From contig CBFGJZ010000003.1 of the NCBI GenBank assembly GCA_965649215.1, positions 1 through 44,273 of the forward strand: DNA of 44,273 nt, given 5' to 3'. The notes beneath the pieces were generated by a model. The model did no database searches. It had not been told where the DNA came from and was given only the letters and a program-made list of their open reading frames with translations. Shown here piece by piece: positions 10,705-18,791 of the stretch (position 1 is its first letter; each line of letters starts with the position of its first letter). This DNA is from a candidate division WOR-3 bacterium (lineage in GTDB: Bacteria; Hydrothermota; Tepidihabitantia; Tepidihabitantales; CAIPLT01). A program made the position numbers and the translations under genes.

Positions 10705-10728
10705 ATCAATTTTTTACTACCATTCAAA

Positions 10729-10810
10729 AGATTGTTCTGTCTTCAATTCGCAATGATATTAATGAGTTTCCGACTTTACAAGACAGTCGCAATAACAACG
10801 AAGCAATCTT
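10729..10810. repeat. Degenerate REP/RPE-like palindromic element
   Basis: Contains AGATTGTTCTGTC...TCGCAATGA and ACGAAGCAATCT, resembling the two halves of the widespread GTCATTGCGAG...GAAGCAATCT / AGATTGCTTCG...CTCGCAATGAC intergenic repeat. A related start occurs at the window end. Confidence 0.4.
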
Positions 10811-10888
10811 GCCAAATTTATAATTTCGTCCACCTAGTAACACTTGGGGCTTAGCCATTATTACCACTTAACTAAATTGCTTGAAAAA

Positions 10889-12745
10889 TTATTTATTTTT
10901 CCCCTTACGTTTTGATTTCTTATCTTCTGTGGGAGTATTTAAAAATGCTTCCAGATCGCTCAGATGATCTTCAAAAGTAAATTTTGCGACATTCTCCTCA
11001 AATTCTTCTTCCTGGAGTTCTTGACTAACAACTTTTTTCCGTCCTTTTCGTTTCATGCTCTTTTTCTCTTCAACTACTTCATCTTTTGCTTCGGTTTCGG
11101 TTTCTGAATAAGTCGGTTGCACTGTATACAAAGCTTTTTCTGAAAGTCCCACTTTTCGCTGGTCATAATCAATAAATGCAATCTTTAAAGCAATCTCTTC
11201 GCCCACTTGATATTTACCAGAGTCTGCGTCGGCTCCTTCATCTTTCTTATCAAGTTTATAAAATAATTGTGATTTCGGCACAAACCCTTCAATTTGATGT
11301 GGTAATATCACAACCAAACCTGCTTTATTAACTTCTACAATTCGAGCATTAATCGTATCTCCAACTTTATATTCGGTACTTAAAGCATAGAATGGATCTT
11401 CTTGAGTCTGTTTTAGTCCTAACGCCAATTGTCGATTCTCCTTATCAATGTCTAAGATAATTGCTTCAATTTTTTGGTTCTTCTTCACAACTTCGCGGGG
11501 GTGTCGCACCCGTTTTATCCAAGATAAATCTTGATTTCTAATTAAACCTTCAATACCAGGCTCAATTTCTACAAAAGCACCAAAATTCTTAAGCGAAGTA
11601 ATCCGTCCGCTGACTTTCTGGCCAATCTGATAATGTTCATCGATCACTGACCAAGGATCTGGTAAAGTCTGTTTTAATCCCAGCGAAATTCGGCGATTAT
11701 CTCGATCAATATTTAAAACGACTGCCTCAATGACATCCCCAACTTTAAGAATCTGTGATGGATGCTGAATTGAGCGATTCCAGGACATTTCGCTGATATG
11801 GATTAAACCTTCGACATTCTTTTCCAATTCTACAAAAGCACCATATTCAGCTAATGCGGTTACTTGACCTCGGATACGAGAACCAATTGGATATTTATTT
11901 TCAACATCTTCCCAGGGATGTCGTTCTAATTGTTTTTTGCCAACAGTAATACGATAATTATCATAATCAATATTTAATACTTTAACTTTAATTTTATCGC
12001 CAATGTTAACAACTTCTTTTGGATGAAGTACTTTATCCCAAGACAAATCAGAAATATGCAACAACGCATCAACACCATCAATATCAATAAAAGCGCCAAA
12101 ATCTGCCAAACTATTCACTGTTCCTTCGACAATATCACCAACTTTGAGGGTTGAAAATACCCGTTGTCGTGCTTCATTTAATTTTTCTTCTAAAATTACC
12201 CGTCGCGAGACAATCACATTTTGTTTGGAGGCATTCATGGATAAGATTCGCACCTCAAATGACTGACCAATCAGAGCATCAAAATTATAAACGGGTTTGA
12301 TATCAATCTGGCTGCCTGGCAAAAATGCTTCTTGGGATAAAATTTGGACAATTAAACCGCCTTTTACTTTTTTAATAACTTTAGCAGTAATATTTTCATT
12401 GGCTTTTGACTTTTCTTCAAATACATTCCAAGCTATTTGATGTTCTGCTTTTCTTTTGGAAATAACTGGTACACCTTCTTTGTTTTCCAATGCTTCGAGC
12501 AAAACATAAATCTCTTTGCCTTCGTAAATTTCTTCATTCGCATCAAACTCTTCTAATGGCAAGAATGCTTCGGATTTTAATCCCAAATCTACAATCACAC
12601 CATTTGCTAAATTGCGAACAATTTTGCCTTTAACAATTTCTCCCGCATTTAATTGCGGAAACGCCTGTTCGTAAATTTTTTCTAAGTTAGCTCCTTTCTC
12701 CGATTTATTTCGGTTTGTTAGATTTGACGATTTATCATTCATCAT
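10889..12745 (-). CDS. rpsA: 30S ribosomal protein S1
   Basis: Six S1 domains (FGAFIDI, YGAFVEL..VEGLIHISEMSW, RRISLGLKQ) and a charged C-terminal tail. GGAGG upstream. Confidence 0.96.
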   Translation of the reverse strand: MMNDKSSNLTNRNKSEKGANLEKIYEQAFPQLNAGEIVKGKIVRNLANGVIVDLGLKSEAFLPLEEFDANEEIYEGKEIYVLLEALENKEGVPVISKRKAEHQIAWNVFEEKSKANENITAKVIKKVKGGLIVQILSQEAFLPGSQIDIKPVYNFDALIGQSFEVRILSMNASKQNVIVSRRVILEEKLNEARQRVFSTLKVGDIVEGTVNSLADFGAFIDIDGVDALLHISDLSWDKVLHPKEVVNIGDKIKVKVLNIDYDNYRITVGKKQLERHPWEDVENKYPIGSRIRGQVTALAEYGAFVELEKNVEGLIHISEMSWNRSIQHPSQILKVGDVIEAVVLNIDRDNRRISLGLKQTLPDPWSVIDEHYQIGQKVSGRITSLKNFGAFVEIEPGIEGLIRNQDLSWIKRVRHPREVVKKNQKIEAIILDIDKENRQLALGLKQTQEDPFYALSTEYKVGDTINARIVEVNKAGLVVILPHQIEGFVPKSQLFYKLDKKDEGADADSGKYQVGEEIALKIAFIDYDQRKVGLSEKALYTVQPTYSETETEAKDEVVEEKKSMKRKGRKKVVSQELQEEEFEENVAKFTFEDHLSDLEAFLNTPTEDKKSKRKGKNK

Positions 12746-13688
12746 GATTGTGATATCCTCCTCTGATATAAGATTTTTTTACTCGACCAAGAGTTTCTAA
12801 CTCTTGGATAATTTCATCAACAATGTGCTGTGGGGTTGAAGCTCCCGCAACTACACCAATCTTATTAATATTGGCTTTTTCAAAAATTGGCCAATATTTC
12901 TGTAACTCATTTTTATTTTCTACTTGAAACACTTTTGCACAACTCTTTTTAGCAATTTCTGCTAAACTTGTGGTATTGGCACTTTTATGCGAACCAACCA
13001 CTATCATTAAGTTTACACGATTTGCGATGTTTTGGCAAGTCTTTTGTCGGCTTTGTGACTCCTGACATAAAGTATTAAAAATCCGCACTTCTTTAAAATT
13101 GTTAACACCGATTGACCTAACTGCACAGTTAAAGTCATCTTGGCTAATTGTTGTTTGGGCAATAATCCCAATTTTTTGAAATGGTAATCTGTTTATGACA
13201 ATTTTTTTATCATTAATAATATCGTATACTTTAGCATTCGGAAGGGCATAACCTAAAATACCCTTTACTTCTGGATGTTTTTTGTCTCCGACTACGATTG
13301 TAAAATAACCATCTTTTTTTAATTTCGCGGCATAGTTTTGGACTCGTTTCACATACGGACAGGTTGCATCAATCACTTTGGTATCGGTTTCTTTTATCTG
13401 CTTAACAACCGCGGGCGAACAACCATGAGAGCGAATAATCACATTAAGCTGATTTTTTGATTTTCTATTTAACTCTCTCAATGCATTTAAATTATTAACG
13501 GTCGCCACATTTAGACTTTGCAGTTCTCTAAGCACTTCTTGATTATGAATTATCGATCCCCAAGTAGCAACTCTCATTGTATCCTTGGCCTGCTTCGCTT
13601 TTTCTGTAACAATTGCAATCGCTCGCTTCACACCAAAACAGAAACCCGATGGACGTGCAATTAATAATGTTAATGTCTTAGTTTTCAT
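12735..13688 (-). CDS. ispH: 4-hydroxy-3-methylbut-2-enyl diphosphate reductase
   Basis: GFCFGVKRA, IIHN, RSHG, DATCPYV, HPEV, QTT, NTLC, SANT, AGASTP. Confidence 0.96.
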   Translation of the reverse strand: MKTKTLTLLIARPSGFCFGVKRAIAIVTEKAKQAKDTMRVATWGSIIHNQEVLRELQSLNVATVNNLNALRELNRKSKNQLNVIIRSHGCSPAVVKQIKETDTKVIDATCPYVKRVQNYAAKLKKDGYFTIVVGDKKHPEVKGILGYALPNAKVYDIINDKKIVINRLPFQKIGIIAQTTISQDDFNCAVRSIGVNNFKEVRIFNTLCQESQSRQKTCQNIANRVNLMIVVGSHKSANTTSLAEIAKKSCAKVFQVENKNELQKYWPIFEKANINKIGVVAGASTPQHIVDEIIQELETLGRVKKSYIRGGYHNHDE

Positions 13689-14322
13689 CTAATAAAGTAT
13701 AAATCTTAGATTTCACGATATCTGTTAATCTCTGATAGTCCTCTTTCGCATCGGAAAAGCCGTACGGATAAATTGGTTCGCCGAATTTAACCGTTATCCG
13801 ATAAATCTTTTTACGATTGGACAAAGGCGGGAATCGATCTATAATTTTAGAAAATCTGCCACCCCACAATTCTCGTAAACCAACAATAGCAACAGGCACA
13901 ATCGGTACCTGATTCGTTATCGCTAAAAAACCAACTCCTGCTTTAAACGGTAATAATCCTTGCTTCGAATTACGAGTTCCTTCTGGAAAGATTACCACTG
14001 CCTTCTTTTGTCTTAAAACAGCGCAACAAATATCAATCGCTGACTTCGCTCTTTCTTGACGATCTAATGGAATTGCATTCCAAAACCGAATTAAACGAGT
14101 AAAAAGTGGTGTGATTTCAAAAAGTTCTTTTTTAGCCATAAAATAAGTTTCTTGATTGCTCGCCAGTCCAACTAAAAAAGGGTCTAAATAAGAACGATGA
14201 TTTGATGCCAGGATCTGTCCTTTGGGTGGTAAAACATATTTTTGGCCAATTACCTTTAATCCAAAAACAACTTTTGCTAAAGCATAACCAACGATCCTGC
14301 CAATTCGCCAGCGCAAACGCAT
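13678..14322 (-). CDS. plsC: 1-acyl-sn-glycerol-3-phosphate acyltransferase
   Basis: NHRSYLD, FMAKKELF, IFPEGTR, VPIVPV. Confidence 0.92.
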   Translation of the reverse strand: MRLRWRIGRIVGYALAKVVFGLKVIGQKYVLPPKGQILASNHRSYLDPFLVGLASNQETYFMAKKELFEITPLFTRLIRFWNAIPLDRQERAKSAIDICCAVLRQKKAVVIFPEGTRNSKQGLLPFKAGVGFLAITNQVPIVPVAIVGLRELWGGRFSKIIDRFPPLSNRKKIYRITVKFGEPIYPYGFSDAKEDYQRLTDIVKSKIYTLLDEN

Positions 14323-14324
14323 GG

Positions 14325-15056
14325 TTACGAGTTCTTTGCTCCTTTATTATTTTTTCTTAAATTATTATTTGCTTGTTCTTTTTTGTCTAACAGGCGTAAT
14401 TTTATCATATCAACTACAAACTGAATTTCTTCTTCAATGGTCAGATTTGTCGTATCTAAATAAATCGCATCACTTGTGCGTACTAATGGACTAACTTCCC
14501 GATTAGAATCAATATAATCCCGTTCAATCAGATTATTTCTAATTTCCTGAATTGAGACTTTATCTTGATTATCTTTTTTACGCCTTCGAGCTCTTTCTTC
14601 TAAACTACAATCTAAATAAAACTTCAAATCAGCATTAGGAAAAACCACGCTGGCAATATCTCGTCCTTCACAGATTGTATTTTTGCCAGTGGCTACTTTT
14701 TGTTGTTCTTTAACCATTTTTGCTCGCACTGTGGGGATTGCTGCAATGTGTGATACTAATCGGTCAATTTCAGGCGTGCGAATCTTGTGGGTTACATCTT
14801 CACCATCTAAAAAAATATGATACCGTTGTGTTTTCGGATTATAATTAAAATCAATTTGGGTAGTTGCTAACATTTTTTCTAATTGATCAACATCTTGCCA
14901 ATCTATTTTATCTTTTATCACTTTATAAGTTATCGCACGATACATTGCACCCGTATCTAAATAAAACCAACCCAACTTTTGTGCGGCACCAAATGCCGTG
15001 GTGCTTTTACCCGACCCTGCGGTACCATCGATTGCGACAATAAAAAATTTATCCAT
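14325..15056 (-). CDS. cmk: Cytidylate kinase
   Basis: AIDGTAGSGKST, LDTGAMYRA, EGRDIASVVFPNA, RDYIDSNREVSPL. Confidence 0.96.
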   Translation of the reverse strand: MDKFFIVAIDGTAGSGKSTTAFGAAQKLGWFYLDTGAMYRAITYKVIKDKIDWQDVDQLEKMLATTQIDFNYNPKTQRYHIFLDGEDVTHKIRTPEIDRLVSHIAAIPTVRAKMVKEQQKVATGKNTICEGRDIASVVFPNADLKFYLDCSLEERARRRKKDNQDKVSIQEIRNNLIERDYIDSNREVSPLVRTSDAIYLDTTNLTIEEEIQFVVDMIKLRLLDKKEQANNNLRKNNKGAKNS

Positions 15057-15198
15057 CCTTTTAATTTCTCTTTTTAAACGTTGTGTTATCTTCCTTTGAT
15101 AAAATTTGACTTAAACTGATATTTTATTATATCTAAAACTTATAAAAATTCAAGTCTTTACTTGCTATCAAATAAACCAAATTACAAAAATCTTCTTG

Positions 15199-18100
15199 TC
15201 AGTTGTTTTGCTCAATTAAAATTATGTAAACGCCTTTTGGTAAACTGATTAGCTCATCTTGCCATAAATTATCTTTTACTTGACAAACAATCGATTTAAT
15301 CAGTTGACCACTTTGATTATAAATTTTATAAGATAATAATTGACCAAAGTTATATTTTTCTCCAGCATGAACGATGGTAAAATTATTGTTCAGTACCACA
15401 ATTTTTAGCGCGTTCGAAATGTTATTCGCATGTTTTATCGTTTCATATTCAATAAGATCTAACTTATTTGAATTACTATTATTTTCTATTTGATAACTCC
15501 AAAACTCATTAGTCTTATTACCTTTCATTAAAAATACCTTATTATCAAGGTAGGCAAGGGCCGCACCTCCTTTGACAACGCTCCGCTTATTCAGTCGAGG
15601 AATCGTGTCTAATGCACACCATCGGTCATTACTTATTTGATATTGCCAAAATTCATTACTCCCTCCGCCTTTAACTGCGTAAATTACATTATTATCACCG
15701 GCACACATTGCACCTCCACTTTTTACACCATTTTTCTTTCTTGTTATGGGATGAAAATAGGGTAGACTATTTTTTATCTGCCAACTGTCATTCAAAATAT
15801 CATATTCATAAAACTCATTTATCCGAGCACTTCCTTTTAAGGCAAACAATTTATCATTACTAACTGCTGCCAAACAAGAACCGTCTCTATATCTCATATT
15901 ATACTGCCCTTTAGGCATCGGCGATAAACACACCCAACTATCTTGAACAATAATATATTTATAAAACTCAAACTTACTACTATTACCAATTAAACAATAA
16001 ATCGCACCATTGATATATGCTAAACTTGAACCACAAGACAATCCTCGAATTGAAGGTACTGGCTGTTTCTTGATCCAACTATCTTCAAGAATATTATAGG
16101 CCCATAACTCTTTGGTACGATTACCCTTAATAGCATAGATATAATTAACTCCATCATAAACCAATGCACCGCCAGCTTTGACTTTGCGACATTTTACTAT
16201 TGTATCGGACTTCCGAAACGGTATTGGCGACAGATAAATCCAAGTGTTTGCGTCACTATTATAAGCATAAAAATCTTGCGTATTATTTCCTTTGAGCGCA
16301 AAGATATTATCATTTCCTACCGCAGTTAGCGAACCACCCGCGCCAACAGGTTTATTGCTATGTAATTCTGGGATACCGCATCTTTGTAACCAAGTTGGAT
16401 ATTGTAAAAAAAATTGCCTCGGTGGAGAATAATTTGACCAATTACCTGCTAAATCACAACTCCGCACTTTCCAAAAATACATCCCATTTAGCAATGGCTG
16501 CTGCGGTGTAAAGTTTGTATCTGATATTATCTGATTAATAACTGTATCATAAGATGTATAAATTAAAATATTATATTGCGCAGCATCCGTAACTCGAAAC
16601 CATAAGAAATTCGGCTTGGATAAAAATAGAGTACAATTAGGCATCGGTAAGATAAGATTTGGTGCCATAGGTCGACTTGTGTCAATTATAAAAGTGTATG
16701 TCTCACTCCACAATCCCCAGCTATTAAAATTACCAGCACGAACTCGCCAATTATAAATGCCTTCATAAAAATTCCTCGGTCCATACTGAGAAAGATTCAC
16801 AATCGTATCCACGCTACCATCAACCACCAAGTTATATCGGCTTGCTTGAAAAACATCAGTCCAGTCAAAAAGTACATTGCAATTGTTAGTAATTACATTG
16901 TTTGCTGGATTTAGAAGATATGGCGATGCTAAAGTGACTACGATGGTTTTATGACACGTATCATTCAGCAAATTATCATCTTCACTTAATGCAGTCCAAG
17001 TTTGTGCTGGATATTCACCAAATTGATTAGCAATCCAGTCTCTAAACAATACTGTACAGCGTTGGCTGGGTGCTAAACCATTTATTGCACAAGTATCTGT
17101 ATAAATCAATTGTTGATTACTATTTCTAAGATAAAAAACACTATTAAAACTCTCAATAAAAGTGCCAATATTTTTTACAACTATTTTCGGCTTTACGCTA
17201 TCTCCCAACCCAACATAACCCGTAATAATGGTCTCTACCATAACATCATGGCAAGAACGATAAAACCGAATTGCCCGATTCGCACTCAGTCGATTACCCA
17301 CTACATTATCATTATAAAGATATTGTAAGCCACTATTACCTAAAGTGTTTTCAATTCCGACTGTCGCCGATTGTCCTAACCCTAGATTATGGTAATTAGT
17401 GCAATAATGATATTGAAAGACAATATTGCCATTCTCATAAAGAATAATTTGGAAAATAACGGTATCTCGCAGGACTGCTTGGTTATAGACAATTGATTTC
17501 CATTGCACAACTTTATAACGATTCGGCGCTGTGCCAAAAGTCTGATGTCGGGCTTGGTAAGTATACAAATCGTCCCAAAAAGGTGCCACAACATTATTAG
17601 GTAAATTATTGCTCGGTATCGGATAATTAGTATTATAAGAAAGACTGATCTCATCAAAAGTAATAAATCCATTGGTTGAATAATAAAAATACTCTTTAGC
17701 ATCGCCATAATAATTAAATGAAAAACCGATCGGAATTGGACCTTGTACCCAAGCATCACCACTTATCAACGGGCTACCGCTTAAAGAAATATCAATCCAA
17801 TTATAAACCGGTCCATTAGTTGTATCGCTATCAATCCAATAATAAAAACCATTATCTGGTCCGCCACAATAGGCAGGTTGAACAATTTCACTTATCATTG
17901 TTTTACGGTCATTACTTGGATTAGTATCGTTAGTTAAAGCAATCTTTACTTTAATTGAACATAACTGAGCAATCTCAGGTGTGAATAAATCAAAACTAAT
18001 AATCCGTTGACTGTTAATAACAAGACTATCCACCCATTTAACACTTTGATAAACAAGACCGCTCATTTGTCCAACAATGGAACAAATCACTGCAATGTTA

Positions 18101-18735
18101 TGCTGAGTCGTATTGCCATAATTCGCAATAATTGCTTGCGGATAAAAACCGCTACCCACTGGTCTTTTTACAAAACTCACGGGCGCAATAACTGAATCAA
18201 CGCCGACATCACAAATTTCAACCATTTCAGGACCACTGATATCATCCAGCATTAATCGAAAACCATATAATCCTTTATTTACAAAAGCAATATAAATTTC
18301 CTGTCCGTCAAACGTATCAAGCGCAATAACTTTCTCGAGATAGTTAGTATGGGTAAAGCGACTGCGCCACAACAAAGTATTAAATGCATTGATATTATTG
18401 GTACTGTTTGACAACCACACTTCTAAACTTTCAGGATTACCACCACCATTTTTACAATACCAAAACTTAAGCGTATCTGGCCTTTGTGCACTACAAATCA
18501 ATCGTGGTGTAATTAGCCAATCATCATTGCGTAAGACATTACTTTCATAACGCGAAGAAACTGCCGCAGGTTGGGTTCTTGGATTATTTGTATCTCGTTG
18601 CCAGTTCTGATTCCCACCATCATTATTAATAACTTGCCAACCCACTGGTGGAAAAACATTTCTTGTAAAACTCTCATTAAGTGGAGCTGAAAATAAAACA
18701 AACGGGATCAAGAAAGTAGAGCGCAGAAATTTCAT
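15199..18735 (-). CDS. Large secreted multidomain protein (choice-of-anchor-J-like, CARDB/Ig-like, FN3-like and Kelch-like repeats, T9SS-like tail)
   Basis: ESF...FPPVGW..DDWLITP..LDDI N-terminal domain; NPSND and NLLND Ig-like ends; APFWDDL; YNWRVRA and YFWKVRS; six GGxL...YALKGNxTxEFYxY repeats; KIYNQSGQLIK...LPKGVYI tail. Confidence 0.75.
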   Translation of the reverse strand: MKFLRSTFLIPFVLFSAPLNESFTRNVFPPVGWQVINNDGGNQNWQRDTNNPRTQPAAVSSRYESNVLRNDDWLITPRLICSAQRPDTLKFWYCKNGGGNPESLEVWLSNSTNNINAFNTLLWRSRFTHTNYLEKVIALDTFDGQEIYIAFVNKGLYGFRLMLDDISGPEMVEICDVGVDSVIAPVSFVKRPVGSGFYPQAIIANYGNTTQHNIAVICSIVGQMSGLVYQSVKWVDSLVINSQRIISFDLFTPEIAQLCSIKVKIALTNDTNPSNDRKTMISEIVQPAYCGGPDNGFYYWIDSDTTNGPVYNWIDISLSGSPLISGDAWVQGPIPIGFSFNYYGDAKEYFYYSTNGFITFDEISLSYNTNYPIPSNNLPNNVVAPFWDDLYTYQARHQTFGTAPNRYKVVQWKSIVYNQAVLRDTVIFQIILYENGNIVFQYHYCTNYHNLGLGQSATVGIENTLGNSGLQYLYNDNVVGNRLSANRAIRFYRSCHDVMVETIITGYVGLGDSVKPKIVVKNIGTFIESFNSVFYLRNSNQQLIYTDTCAINGLAPSQRCTVLFRDWIANQFGEYPAQTWTALSEDDNLLNDTCHKTIVVTLASPYLLNPANNVITNNCNVLFDWTDVFQASRYNLVVDGSVDTIVNLSQYGPRNFYEGIYNWRVRAGNFNSWGLWSETYTFIIDTSRPMAPNLILPMPNCTLFLSKPNFLWFRVTDAAQYNILIYTSYDTVINQIISDTNFTPQQPLLNGMYFWKVRSCDLAGNWSNYSPPRQFFLQYPTWLQRCGIPELHSNKPVGAGGSLTAVGNDNIFALKGNNTQDFYAYNSDANTWIYLSPIPFRKSDTIVKCRKVKAGGALVYDGVNYIYAIKGNRTKELWAYNILEDSWIKKQPVPSIRGLSCGSSLAYINGAIYCLIGNSSKFEFYKYIIVQDSWVCLSPMPKGQYNMRYRDGSCLAAVSNDKLFALKGSARINEFYEYDILNDSWQIKNSLPYFHPITRKKNGVKSGGAMCAGDNNVIYAVKGGGSNEFWQYQISNDRWCALDTIPRLNKRSVVKGGAALAYLDNKVFLMKGNKTNEFWSYQIENNSNSNKLDLIEYETIKHANNISNALKIVVLNNNFTIVHAGEKYNFGQLLSYKIYNQSGQLIKSIVCQVKDNLWQDELISLPKGVYIILIEQNN

Positions 18736-18741
18736 TCACTA

Positions 18742-18770
18742 ACTATAGGATTGAATCAACCAAATGTCAA
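18742..18770 (-). promoter_or_regulatory. Sigma70 promoter, leaderless configuration
   Basis: TTGACA (18770-18765), 17 bp, TATAGT (18747-18742), 6 nt, ATG at 18735. No SD. Confidence 0.65.
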
Positions 18771-18791
18771 CAATGTATTGTGAAATATTCC

